64,000 nucleotides of DNA from Candidatus Saccharimonadales bacterium (GTDB lineage: Bacteria > Patescibacteriota > Saccharimonadia > Saccharimonadales > UBA10212): the NCBI GenBank assembly GCA_040900055.1, contig JBBDZU010000007.1, positions 169,705 through 233,704 of the forward strand. The letters run 5' to 3'. Numbering within the stretch: position 1 is the stretch's first letter; each line of letters begins with the position of its first letter. Position numbers and translations under genes: made by a program. Positions 55,104 through 64,000 of the stretch are shown here, piece after piece. Below the pieces are notes generated by a model. It did not search any database, was not told the DNA's origin, and saw only the letters and a list, made by a program, of their open reading frames with translations.

Positions 55104-55856
55104 TTATCCTACAGCCATTCCAGCTTTTGCGTCACCACCTTTAGGTTCCTCAGCTGATGGCTTAGTTTTGGCTTTGCCGGCTAAAATTGCCGCAGCTACA
55201 TAGTCTAGTATCAAATTAATGGTCTTTACAGCATCGTCGTTACATGGGATAGGATAATCAGCCAGTGACGGATCGGCGTTAGTGTCAATTAGAGCAACTA
55301 TTGGAATGCCTAGCTTTTTTGCCTCTCTAACAGCGTGAATGTCCCAGTTTAAATCAACCACAAACAAAGCTCCAATAGAGGGCTGCATATCTTTTATGCC
55401 GCCGTAAAGGTGATTCATCTCGGTAATTTCCTCCTCCATGCGCTGAACCTCCAGTTTGCTGTAGCGAGCTGCCAACTCACCACTAGCCACTCGATTTTCT
55501 AGGTCCTTTAGCCTTCTAATACGGCTACCAATGGTATTTTGGTTGGTTAGCATACCACCTAACCAGCGCTCGGTAACATAAGGCATATTTAGGCTTTTAG
55601 CTACTTCGGCTACCTTCTCTTTAGCTTGACGTTTCGTGCTAACAAGCAGCACTTGTTTACCAGCTGCCGCGCACTTTGTTAAGAACTCTAGAGCTTTTTC
55701 TAGCGACTCAACCGTCTTAGTCAAATCAATAATATGGTTGCCGTCGCGCTTGCTATGGATAAATGGCCCCATCTTGGGGTGCCAGCGACTAGCACTGTGG
55801 CCAAAATGTGCTCCGGCTTCTAAAAGCTGTTTAATATCTACCGCCGTTTGTGGCAT
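55104..55856 (-). CDS. rpsB: 30S ribosomal protein S2
   Basis: 250 aa with LLEAGAHFGH. Confidence 0.96.
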   Translation of the reverse strand: MPQTAVDIKQLLEAGAHFGHSASRWHPKMGPFIHSKRDGNHIIDLTKTVESLEKALEFLTKCAAAGKQVLLVSTKRQAKEKVAEVAKSLNMPYVTERWLGGMLTNQNTIGSRIRRLKDLENRVASGELAARYSKLEVQRMEEEITEMNHLYGGIKDMQPSIGALFVVDLNWDIHAVREAKKLGIPIVALIDTNADPSLADYPIPCNDDAVKTINLILDYVAAAILAGKAKTKPSAEEPKGGDAKAGMAVG

Positions 55857-56077
55857 TTAAAATCCTTCCTTCTTGGCACAGAGTGGCTCACTTTATGCCT
55901 GCATAGCTTAAAGCAAGAGGATTCTTAGTCCCTGCACTGTTTAATTAATACCGGCTGATTATATCTCTTATCGTCCTCTGTGCAAACCCTTCTTGATATT
56001 ATTAGCCTTTGGAAGAAGATGAAAAGCGCCAAGCTGAAGCTCGTCGGTTAAATGCCCAGCTAGGCCATTGACCTTAA

Positions 56078-56107
56078 TTGACGCCTCACCGATACAACAG
56101 ATATAAT
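56078..56107 (+). promoter_or_regulatory. Promoter of rpmE-prfA-prmC
   Basis: TTGACG (56078-56083), 18-nt spacer, TATAAT (56102-56107). The ATG follows 9 nt later. Confidence 0.55.
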
Positions 56108-56116
56108 AATCAGGCT

Positions 56117-56458
56117 ATGAAGAAAGGTTTGCACCCCGAAAACTACCGGCCGGTAGCTTTTCAAGACACCAATAACGGCACCACTTTTATAACCCGCTCA
56201 ACTGCGGCGACCACTGAGACTATAACCGTGGACGGCGTCAAATACCCTTTAATCAAAGTTCATATTTCATCAAGTTCCCACCCTTTCTTTACCGGCGAGG
56301 AACGTATTGTTGATGTAGAAGGTCGTGTCGACAAATTCAAAGCTCGGCGTGAAGCTGCCAAAAAAGCCAAAGAAGCAAAAACCGCCAAAGCTCCTGCCAA
56401 AGCCAAGAAACCCGAAGCTCAAAAACTAGGTAGCGCAGCTAAAAAATCTGGCCAGTAA
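56117..56458 (+). CDS. rpmE: 50S ribosomal protein L31 (no Cys motif) with a Lys/Ala-rich C-terminal extension
   Basis: I place the start at the ATG at 56117 ([10 protein letters not shown]). The upstream TTG in the ORF track coincides with the -35 box. Confidence 0.9.
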   Translation: MKKGLHPENYRPVAFQDTNNGTTFITRSTAATTETITVDGVKYPLIKVHISSSSHPFFTGEERIVDVEGRVDKFKARREAAKKAKEAKTAKAPAKAKKPEAQKLGSAAKKSGQ

Positions 56459-56463
56459 CAGGG

Positions 56464-57522
56464 GTGGATCAAGAAATCAAAATTAGGGCCGAGGCTGAGC
56501 AGCTGGAAAAAGAGCTATCTGCACCCGATGTTTTTGGTCGTACTAACTACCCTGCCCTAGCAAAGCGCCAAGCCCAGCTTGCTAAAATTATTGGCTTGTT
56601 TGAAGAGTTGAAACGTTTAAACTCTCAGGTGCCTCAGACCCAAAAAATTACCGAGGGCAATGATAAGGAACTTGCCGAACTAGCCGAGGTAGAGCTTACC
56701 GAGCTGAACCAAAAAATAGTTCAGGTAAAGTCAGCTTTGACCGAACTACTTCGACCGACCGACCCCAATGACGAACGAAACGCAATTATAGAGATTAGGG
56801 CTGCAGCTGGAGGTGATGAGGCTAGCCTATTTGCTGGTGACCTCTACCGCATGTACATTAAATGGTGCGAAAAGAAAGGCTATAAGGCTGAACTCCTTGG
56901 ACAAGCTGCTAGTGGGGCTGGCGGCTTTAAAGAAGTTATATTTAAGGTTGACGGCGATGGCGCTTACCGAGTGCTAAAATTTGAGGCCGGTGTTCACCGG
57001 GTACAGCGAATTCCGACCACCGAAAGCAGTGGACGAGTTCATACCAGCACCGTAACTGTGGCCGTTTTGCCCGAAGCCGACGAAACAGACGTTAATATAA
57101 GGTCTGAAGAACTAAGGGTTGATGTTTTTCGCTCCAGTGGCCCAGGCGGCCAAAGTGTTAATACTACCGACTCTGCCGTTAGGATTACCCATTTGCCTAG
57201 TGGGTTGGTGGTCACCAGCCAAGACGAAAAGAGCCAAATCAAAAATAAAGACAAAGCCTTGAGCGTGCTGCGCTCGCGTTTACTTAAAATGAAAATTGAA
57301 GAAGAAGAAAAGTCACTGTCCCAAGCCCGACGTAAGCTAATTGGTTCGGGAGAGCGCAGTGAGAAAATCCGTACCTATAATTTCCCTCAAGATCGCATTA
57401 CCGACCACCGCATTAACTACTCCAGATCCAATCTTCCCGGTGCCCTAGACGGTGATTTTGACGACATAACAGAACGCTTACTAGACCAAGAACGGCTAGC
57501 TTTAGCTGATGAAGCCCGCTAA
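56464..57522 (+). CDS. prfA: Peptide chain release factor 1
   Basis: GTG start. The PTT tripeptide sits at the PxT position. GGQ (GPGGQSVN). Confidence 0.94.
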   Translation: MDQEIKIRAEAEQLEKELSAPDVFGRTNYPALAKRQAQLAKIIGLFEELKRLNSQVPQTQKITEGNDKELAELAEVELTELNQKIVQVKSALTELLRPTDPNDERNAIIEIRAAAGGDEASLFAGDLYRMYIKWCEKKGYKAELLGQAASGAGGFKEVIFKVDGDGAYRVLKFEAGVHRVQRIPTTESSGRVHTSTVTVAVLPEADETDVNIRSEELRVDVFRSSGPGGQSVNTTDSAVRITHLPSGLVVTSQDEKSQIKNKDKALSVLRSRLLKMKIEEEEKSLSQARRKLIGSGERSEKIRTYNFPQDRITDHRINYSRSNLPGALDGDFDDITERLLDQERLALADEAR

Positions 57523-58363
57523 GGCAGCTAAATACCTTTCTGCTGGGCAATGGCTAGATATTGCCTGCCGCAAATTAACGGCCGCTGGTATTGGTACGGC
57601 AGAACTTGACAGCCTTGTGTTACTCGAGGATGTTACGAGCAAAGACCGCGCTTATTTGTTAGCTCACCCTGAAACCCCATTATCCAAGCAGGCTCGCCGT
57701 AAGCTAAACGCTTTGCTTAAGCAACGCACAATTCATATGCCCTTGGCCTATGTCCGGGGTTTTACAGAGTTTTATGGCCGCAACTTTATAGTTAATAAAA
57801 ATGTCTTAGAGCCCCGTCCAGAATCCGAAACTATGATAGATCTCCTCAAAGACTTAAGTGCACAATCCCAGGGTGCGCCCCTGTTGATTGTAGATGTGGG
57901 CACTGGCTCGGGGGCCCTAGCCATTACCACGAAATTAGAGCTACCTTCAGCCAATGTCCTAGCCATAGACATCGATCCAAAATGCTTGGTCGTCGCCCAC
58001 CAGAACGCCAAAATGTTGGGGGCTAATGTGGACTTTGTGCAAGGCGACCTCCTTACTCCCCTGCCAACTGCAAAATACCAATTGCAAACTATTCTCTTGG
58101 CCAATCTGCCTTATGTGCCTAGCCGTTACCAAATTAACCGGCCTGCCGCCCATGAACCAAGGATAGCTATCTTTGGTGGTCCCGACGGCCTAGAAATTTA
58201 CCGCAACCTGTTTAAACAAACAGAGAAGTTGGACCCCTGCCCACAGATTATTCTTACAGAAGCATTGCCCTCTCAACATGCTGAGATGATAAAACTTGCT
58301 GAGCTTTCGAGTTATAAACTTATCAAAACTCTTGATTTTATCCAGGTCTTTTGCCCTAGATAG
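57509..58363 (+). CDS. prmC: Release-factor glutamine methyltransferase PrmC/HemK
   Basis: [14 protein letters not shown] motif. The catalytic motif reads NLPY instead of NPPY. Confidence 0.85.
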   Translation: MKPAKAAKYLSAGQWLDIACRKLTAAGIGTAELDSLVLLEDVTSKDRAYLLAHPETPLSKQARRKLNALLKQRTIHMPLAYVRGFTEFYGRNFIVNKNVLEPRPESETMIDLLKDLSAQSQGAPLLIVDVGTGSGALAITTKLELPSANVLAIDIDPKCLVVAHQNAKMLGANVDFVQGDLLTPLPTAKYQLQTILLANLPYVPSRYQINRPAAHEPRIAIFGGPDGLEIYRNLFKQTEKLDPCPQIILTEALPSQHAEMIKLAELSSYKLIKTLDFIQVFCPR

Positions 58364-58475
58364 TCCGAGACACAACTTTGAGAAAACACGCACTGCAGGT
58401 TTTTACAAAGTTGAGAGGAGTAAGCAAGCTCCAAGTCGAAGCTCCGCCAGCTGGCGGACGAGGCATAGGCGCAGT

Positions 58476-59639
58476 TTACGACGATGGTGCAGCTGTTAAT
58501 TTAACTTGCAAAACCAGAGTATCTTGGCCGCGAATGACCGTTAATCGGATCACGTCGCCTACTTTTAGTTTAAACAGCGCATTAGTAAGGTTAGTTTTAT
58601 CGTCTATTGGGATACCGTTTAGCTTGGTGATAATGTCCCTTTCGCGTAGTCCTCCTTCAGCGGCTGGACTACCGGGCAGAACCGAGGGCTCGCTGCTGTC
58701 CGACGGCACAATGTAGGCACCACGGTTAACCGGCAGATCATAAGTAGCTGCCAAATCGTCGGTCAGCGAAACATAGCGCACGCCCAAATAAGGTTGAAGC
58801 AGCTCGCCTTGACTTAGAACCGAGGCAACCAGCCCCTTGACATCGTTAATCGGTATGGCAAAGCCAATGTTTTGGGCCTCAGAGGCCACAGCTGTGGTTA
58901 TGCCAATAACTTCGCCGGCGCCATTGACCAGCGGGCCACCAGAGTTACCTTCATTAATTGCCGCATCGGTTTGGAATAAGTCGCTCAAAGACTCGGCCTC
59001 GCCAGCCCGGCTGCCGGCCGTTACATCACGGCCAAAGCCAGAGATAATACCGCTGGTTACCGTGTTTTGGAATTGACCCAAAGCATTGCCAATGGCGATA
59101 ACTCGTTCACCGACCCTCACTTTAGAAGAGTCACCCAAAACCGCTGGTGTTAGTTTTTTGCCCTTGGTATCGGTTATTTTTAAAAAGGCCACATCTAGCG
59201 GGCTGCCGCTGGAGGTCCGTCCAACTACCCTCACTTCGTCATATCGGGTACCGTCAGCCAAGGTAACGCTTACCGACTGGGTGCCAGACGGCACAACGTG
59301 CCGGTTAGTCACAATAAAGCCGCTGTCAGAAATTATAAAACCAGTACCAGCGCTTTGTTGCTCCAGGGTTTGGTTAAAGCCAAAAAAATCTTGAGTGGTA
59401 ACTCTGCGCTCTACATCCACCGACACCACGCTTGGCCCAACTTGTTTAGCTATTTGAGCAATTAGCTCGCTCTCAGAAGATATGTACTTAGCGCCCCTGC
59501 TTGATGACCCGTCGGCTTGGTCTGCCCGGTCATAACTAAACGCTCCCAGCCAACCACTGCCAAAACCAACTACTAAAGTTACCGGTATCAACCAAAAACG
59601 ACGGACGACAGGAGTATATTTTTGATAATGTAACTTCAT
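58476..59639 (-). CDS. htrA: HtrA/DegP-family serine protease with PDZ domain
   Basis: TNRHVV, GNSGGPL, and a C-terminal PDZ domain. Confidence 0.92.
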   Translation of the reverse strand: MKLHYQKYTPVVRRFWLIPVTLVVGFGSGWLGAFSYDRADQADGSSSRGAKYISSESELIAQIAKQVGPSVVSVDVERRVTTQDFFGFNQTLEQQSAGTGFIISDSGFIVTNRHVVPSGTQSVSVTLADGTRYDEVRVVGRTSSGSPLDVAFLKITDTKGKKLTPAVLGDSSKVRVGERVIAIGNALGQFQNTVTSGIISGFGRDVTAGSRAGEAESLSDLFQTDAAINEGNSGGPLVNGAGEVIGITTAVASEAQNIGFAIPINDVKGLVASVLSQGELLQPYLGVRYVSLTDDLAATYDLPVNRGAYIVPSDSSEPSVLPGSPAAEGGLRERDIITKLNGIPIDDKTNLTNALFKLKVGDVIRLTVIRGQDTLVLQVKLTAAPSS

Positions 59640-60421
59640 ACCGTCGCTCCTGTCCAGTCTGATAAGACAATTACGACCAGTAAAATTGCACCCATTATGG
59701 CCAAAAGCTGTTTTTGCAAAGTTGGTGTCAAACGGGAACTAGCTTCCATATAGTAAAGGGCCGCTAACCCGTAACCAACAGTAGTTAGAATAACTATAAT
59801 TTGGGCAATCAAACCGTAAAAAATCAGCCAATGTCCTAAGACAAAAGCTAAAGCGGCCGCAAAATAAGCCCAGACATGAGCCAGCAAAGCGGTCTTTGAT
59901 TCCTCGAAGCTGGTTAAAAAATGTCTAGCCGCCAAATAGGCAATCAGCCAGGTGCCAACAACCAGGGTAGCTAGCGAGCTATCGCCAAATTTTAGATAAA
60001 GGACCGATAAGCCGGCCAGCTGTCCAAGCATGGCCTGGGCCGAGACGCTCAAGGCGTCATAGCGTGGTTTTAGGCCAATTAGCCAGCCGCCATATAAGAC
60101 CATCCAGAAAATTTGCCACCACTGCTCTGCAGTATTAGCCATGAACAATACCAAGGCCACGGCCACGATGATGTCAACGCCGTTAGCCGTAATGTTGGCA
60201 ATCCAGTACCGCGGCCTAACTGCAAACATTCGCCATTTGCTAAGCAATATCAAAAAGATAGCCAGTGAAACAAAGTCAATTCTAACTAAGACGTAGCTAA
60301 GCACTGGCAGAAGAACATTCAACCCAATGTGAAAAAAATGGGCAAAGCCGCGAACCGGCTTAACTTTGGCGGCCAGGACGGCCGACAGGTTGCCTGGGCC
60401 CCTAATCGCTAGTTTTGGCAT
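59636..60421 (-). CDS. Hypothetical polytopic membrane protein
   Basis: 261 aa with about 8 TM segments, chained by overlaps between the LCP gene and htrA. Confidence 0.6.
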   Translation of the reverse strand: MPKLAIRGPGNLSAVLAAKVKPVRGFAHFFHIGLNVLLPVLSYVLVRIDFVSLAIFLILLSKWRMFAVRPRYWIANITANGVDIIVAVALVLFMANTAEQWWQIFWMVLYGGWLIGLKPRYDALSVSAQAMLGQLAGLSVLYLKFGDSSLATLVVGTWLIAYLAARHFLTSFEESKTALLAHVWAYFAAALAFVLGHWLIFYGLIAQIIVILTTVGYGLAALYYMEASSRLTPTLQKQLLAIMGAILLVVIVLSDWTGATV

Positions 60422-62045
60422 CTCTACCGACGATTATAACAAAATCGGTAGCTAGCGGCGCGGTGACGCCCGCCCCAGGAGGCAGCTCACTAACCGCACT
60501 GACACCCAGGCGTTTTTCCAAATAATAACGAGTGTATTTATCTTTGCCTTTAGTTAAATCGACTAAAACCGTAGCCGAGGGATTGGTTTGCTTGGGGGTG
60601 CTGGCTACCGTCGTGACATTGTAGCCAAACGATTTAAGTTCGGTGGCGGATACGTTGGCTAAGCCGGCTATGTCTGTGGCGTTATAAACAGCCAAGGAAG
60701 AATTTTCCTTAGCCAAGTAGCCGTCACGTAAAGCATTTCGAACATAATTTTGGATGGCACCGTAAGAATAAAGGCCGTCCTTTGGCCTAACAACCGACAA
60801 ACCACCTAAAGAGGCGGTAGTCAGCAGGTCATGCGGAGGAGTTACCAAATCAAGCGAGTCAATATCTGCAGAAGGAATATCTTGGCTAATCTTATAAAGA
60901 CGCATCATGGCATCTAGCGAGAAGTCCGTGTAAACGTTTCGGCCCAACGCCGAGAGCAGTTGCGAGACCTTTACAGGGTTAGAAAAGGTGCCTACAGATG
61001 TGGCTTTGTCTTTAAGGGCCACTAGCACCAGTCTTTGGCGCTCTCCCCTGGCAAAGTCGCTGGAAGTTTCCCGCGACTTAACATAAAGCAAAGCTTTAGC
61101 GCCGTTAAAGTTTTGGGGGCCGGCTTTAGCAATTACTTTATCGTAACCGTTCTCCCAGGCGATGGTCGGGTCATAAAGCTGCTCCGGCACGTTTACGGTT
61201 ATGCCGCCTAAAGCATTAACAACTTGTTTAAAGGCCTGAAAGTTAATTACGGCGTGGTAGTGGATAGGTATACCAAGAACCGGTTCTAGTGTTTTATTTA
61301 TTAGCTCAAGAGCATGTTTTTGTTGTTCGGGCAGTGAGTCCGAGTCGGATTCGGCTATACCGTACGTGTAGGCTGCATTAATTTTTTGGCTACCGTTGCC
61401 AGGAATCCTAACCCAAAGGTCCCGAGGGATGCTCAGCAAATCGGCTTTATTGTTTATGGGGTCAATTGAGGCAATCATCAGGGTGTCTGTTAAGTCCTGG
61501 CCGCTATGGCCCTCGCCACCAACCCCTAAGATTAAAATGTTAACGCGGCAGTCGCCCTCTTGCCTAAGCTGGTTAATGTCTTGGCAATCGGCAAGCGCCG
61601 GTGCAAACCCGCCGCCCCTAAATAGATTTTTCTGAGTAGCGTAGAAGTTATAGCCCATGTAAAGTCCGCCAGCTAAAACAACCGCTGATACTGTTATGGC
61701 TAGACGCTTTATACCAAGCTTAAGCTTAGGGTGGCGGCGAAGGTAGCCGATTTGTTTGGTTTTTGGTTTTTTTAACTCTGACTGATCGAGCAAAATTGGT
61801 TCTTCTAGTAAGTCGGCCTCGACTGATTTGGGGGTCTGAGATAAAGGAGTGCCGCTGGCGCGGTTGGGATGAAAGCCGTCAGCAGCTTGCCCAAAATTGC
61901 CAAGAGAGGGTGTTGGGGCTCCCCTGCTCGGTTGATAAGCACCGGAATTTAGGCCTGAGCCTTGGCGGCTAATAATTCCGTCGATTGAGGCCGAACTCAG
62001 TTTGCGATCTTTATTCTCGCTCATGTTTCCCGACCAGTATAACAT
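60402..62045 (-). CDS. LytR-CpsA-Psr (LCP) family protein with LytR_C-like C-terminus
   Basis: 547 aa with the LCP core NILILGVGG...DTLMIASIDP...LLSIPRD. The start may be Met8 (62024). Confidence 0.88.
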   Translation of the reverse strand: MLYWSGNMSENKDRKLSSASIDGIISRQGSGLNSGAYQPSRGAPTPSLGNFGQAADGFHPNRASGTPLSQTPKSVEADLLEEPILLDQSELKKPKTKQIGYLRRHPKLKLGIKRLAITVSAVVLAGGLYMGYNFYATQKNLFRGGGFAPALADCQDINQLRQEGDCRVNILILGVGGEGHSGQDLTDTLMIASIDPINNKADLLSIPRDLWVRIPGNGSQKINAAYTYGIAESDSDSLPEQQKHALELINKTLEPVLGIPIHYHAVINFQAFKQVVNALGGITVNVPEQLYDPTIAWENGYDKVIAKAGPQNFNGAKALLYVKSRETSSDFARGERQRLVLVALKDKATSVGTFSNPVKVSQLLSALGRNVYTDFSLDAMMRLYKISQDIPSADIDSLDLVTPPHDLLTTASLGGLSVVRPKDGLYSYGAIQNYVRNALRDGYLAKENSSLAVYNATDIAGLANVSATELKSFGYNVTTVASTPKQTNPSATVLVDLTKGKDKYTRYYLEKRLGVSAVSELPPGAGVTAPLATDFVIIVGRDAKTSD

Positions 62046-62068
62046 TGCCCATTGGCCACAAAAAAACT

Positions 62069-62707
62069 ATGCTGTTAAGATACATGTCCAAAAAAAGTCC
62101 GCAAATTCCACCAGAGCCGGGCGTGAGGGCCGACAGGCATAGCGCCTGGCGTGTTTCACTGTCAACCATTGGCATACTGGTTGCTGCGCCCCTTATCGCC
62201 CTGGCGTTGACGGCGTTTGTCGTACAGTCCTACCAGGTAGAGGGTTCTAGCATGGAAAAGACTCTAAACGATAAAGACCGCCTAATCGTTAACAAGCTGC
62301 CTAGGACTTGGGCCAATATTACAGGCCACACTTACATTCCGAATCGCGGTGACATTATCGTCTTTAACCAAACTGGCCTACCCGGCTATAGCGGCCCAAA
62401 ACAGCTTATCAAACGAGTTGTTGGGCTACCTGGCGAGCGAGTCATGGTCCAAAACGGCTCAGTTACGATTTATAACAATGATAGTCCTGGTGGCTTTGAC
62501 CCCGACAAACTTGGTGCATACCAAATAATCAGCCACTCGACCACCTCCAATGTCGATGTCCAATTGTCGAAAGATCAAGTTTTTGTTTTAGGCGACAACC
62601 GGCGTAATTCCGAAGATTCGCGCTATTTCGGCCCCCTAAAGGCCGAAAGTATTGTTGGCGATCTCATGCTACGCATTTTGCCCATTGATAAAGCCCAAAA
62701 GTTCTAG
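62069..62707 (+). CDS. lepB: Signal peptidase I
   Basis: GSSMEKTL (Ser), KRVVGLPGE (Lys) and GDNRRNSEDSR. I chose the ATG at 62069 (62084 is also possible) rather than the ORF start at 61985, which overlaps the LCP gene. Confidence 0.88.
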   Translation: MLLRYMSKKSPQIPPEPGVRADRHSAWRVSLSTIGILVAAPLIALALTAFVVQSYQVEGSSMEKTLNDKDRLIVNKLPRTWANITGHTYIPNRGDIIVFNQTGLPGYSGPKQLIKRVVGLPGERVMVQNGSVTIYNNDSPGGFDPDKLGAYQIISHSTTSNVDVQLSKDQVFVLGDNRRNSEDSRYFGPLKAESIVGDLMLRILPIDKAQKF

Positions 62708-62734
62708 CTCCCTTCTTTTTTAAGAATATATTTT

Positions 62735-63245
62735 GCCACCTTGTGCCGACAAGGGTGGCGTAAAAACTCTCGGACATTCAAAAAGCTAGATGGTCGCTCA
62801 GCACTTGCCATAAGTGAATCTGCGGAACGACAAGCCTGCCTGCCGGCCGGCAGGCGGTCCTCATTCCTTCGGACAGTCCTCGATTCAAAAGACTGATGGC
62901 TCATTCTTCGCTACCTCTGTTTTTTCAAGTCCGAACCTATGGGTCCGGGCATAAGAAGCTATTCATGGGCATGTAGGCGAGCCTGAGCCAGAGCGTCAAA
63001 AGCATCAATAAATTAGTGCCGAGGACCAGCCTCTAGGCCGACCGAAGGGAGTTTTGCAGGCTTGTTTGTGCGCTTTGACAAGGGCTGGCATCAGCCGAGC
63101 CTACGCCCAGAGTTTTTGGGCCACTTTTGTCGGTACAAAAGTAGCAATAATTTGCTTCTTTTAAAAAAGAAGATGCAGTTTGCCACACTTTGCCGTTCAA
63201 AGTGTGAAGATTGGTTTGGTGATACCTTTACGGCTAAAGGTATCA
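62735..63245. repeat. Cluster of short related hairpins in an ORF-poor convergent gap
   Basis: Hairpins at 62735-62759, 62836-62857, 63121-63144, 63155-63172, 63184-63206 and 63220-63245. Four share a ...CTTT(T)G / CGG-containing loop / CAAA(A)G... design. Confidence 0.55.
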
Positions 63246-63260
63246 AAAATTTGTTCAGGC

Positions 63261-63286
63261 AAAAAATGAGGCTACTATGCTAGCCT
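63261..63286 (-). terminator. Intrinsic terminator of parB
   Basis: Stem aggcta(63269-74)/tagcct(63281-86) includes the parB stop codon. On the minus strand it is followed by CATTTTTT. Confidence 0.65.
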
Positions 63287-64000
63287 TGTAATTGTTCAGC
63301 AATCCGTTGTAAGTCTTGTTCCGATTTGAAGACAATTATTAGCTGTCCACCGTGAGCAGTATGTTTAATTTTGACCGGTGCATTGATTTTTGAGCCTAAA
63401 GCCCTGGTTAACTCATTCTCGCTGGCTGTTGTTTTCTTAGCAATCGCAGTATTGGCACCCTTTTTAACAGCTGTAACAAACTGTTCGGCCTGCCTGACAG
63501 TCCACCCGTTGTTTAAAACACAACTCAGTAATTCCTGTTGTTTCTTATCATTGCCTTTGAGTGCTAGTATAGCCCTGGCATGGCCTTCACTTATCTTGCC
63601 TTCGGCTAATGCTAGCCTGGCTGGTTCAGGTAACTGTAGTAGACGCGTCAAATTACTTAAGGTACTGGGCGCCTTGCTAAGTTTTTGGGCAATCTGGTCA
63701 AGCGCTAAATTAAATTGCTGTTGTAATTTATATACACTCAAAGCTTGCTCTAATGGCGACAGGTCCACTCTCTGGATATTCTCAATTAAGGATAATTCTA
63801 TCTGCTCTAGCTCCTCTAATGAGCGGACAATGGCTGGTATATGGCTAAGTTTAGCATCTTTGGCGGCCCGCCAGCGGCGTTCTCCGGCTACGATTTTGTA
63901 GCCATTTTGGTCGCTATGACGCACTACAATAATGGGCGACAATATGCCGTGGTTTTTAACGGAAGACACTAGCTCTCTATGGGCGGCTTCGTCAAAGTCA
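63280..64000 (-). CDS. parB: Chromosome partitioning protein ParB (N-terminus beyond the window)
   Basis: GILSPIIV...IVAGERRWRAAK. The frame stays open upstream of the ORF-track Met (..DFDEAAHRELVSSVKNHG). Confidence 0.9.
   Translation of the reverse strand, partial: DFDEAAHRELVSSVKNHGILSPIIVVRHSDQNGYKIVAGERRWRAAKDAKLSHIPAIVRSLEELEQIELSLIENIQRVDLSPLEQALSVYKLQQQFNLALDQIAQKLSKAPSTLSNLTRLLQLPEPARLALAEGKISEGHARAILALKGNDKKQQELLSCVLNNGWTVRQAEQFVTAVKKGANTAIAKKTTASENELTRALGSKINAPVKIKHTAHGGQLIIVFKSEQDLQRIAEQLQG

Noticed and set aside
62704-63283. ORFs 62704-62904(-) and 63062-63283(+) in the lepB-parB gap; likewise 44478-44681(+) and 7359-7601(+).
   Set aside because: They run through palindromes and terminators. 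They start at non-ATG codons or inside promoter boxes, have no recognisable motifs, and in two cases overlap real genes.
63280-64000. A canonical parS (TGTTNCACGTGAAACA) near parB or in the adjacent gap.
   Set aside because: I found no 16-mer close to the consensus in 62700-64000. The nearest look-alike in the window (GTTTCACTGCAAAAACA at about 5814) is inside a coding region and is a poor match.
1-64000. Alternative genetic code (UGA recoding, as in some CPR lineages), CRISPR arrays, rRNA/tRNA genes, transposases or prophage genes.
   Set aside because: Both RF1 and RF2 are encoded, and long ORFs with intact family motifs are uninterrupted under the standard code. No T-arm/anticodon-arm tRNA structure was found in any ORF-free gap. 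No spaced repeats, integrase, transposase or phage structural motifs were seen.

Overview
The window reads as a gene-dense stretch of a reduced bacterial chromosome. My inference is a Patescibacteria/CPR genome, possibly Saccharibacteria-like. The basis is a minimal dcw cluster, a class I LysRS, a 152-aa EF-Ts, no pyrH between tsf and frr, and many promoters sitting almost on the start codon. I cannot confirm taxonomy without a search. About 65 protein genes are callable, mostly housekeeping. They include dprA-topA; mraZ-rsmH-ftsL-ftsI-mraY-ftsW-murG-ftsQ; glyQS, recO and pyrG; ftsEX plus a coiled-coil CHAP hydrolase; prfB, secA and serS; lysK, greA, proS and rseP; frr-tsf-rpsB; rpmE-prfA-prmC; and htrA, an LCP protein, lepB and parB. 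No rRNA, tRNA, CRISPR array, transposase or integrase was found. RF1, RF2 and long uninterrupted ORFs argue for the standard code. The parts not explained by ordinary annotation are these. (1) A roughly 310-nt, heavily base-paired ORF-free element at 128-439, with promoter-like and terminator-like signals, that I could not assign to any RNA family. (2) A 715-bp AT-rich ORF-free gap at 7559-8273, where gene orientation and local G/C skew both flip and which holds a dif-like palindrome. (3) GTGGGTA direct repeats upstream of mraZ. (4) A histidine-kinase-like protein with eroded catalytic motifs, paired with a lone receiver domain. (5) A 56-bp tandem repeat (2.7 copies) abutting the serS start. 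(6) An orphan promoter-terminator pair that defines an ~85-nt sRNA candidate. (7) A four-gene operon of unknown function containing an NYN domain and a coiled-coil STAS domain. (8) A 570-nt hairpin-packed gap between lepB and parB. All RNA and novelty calls are by-eye hypotheses and need Rfam/HMM searches and comparative data.
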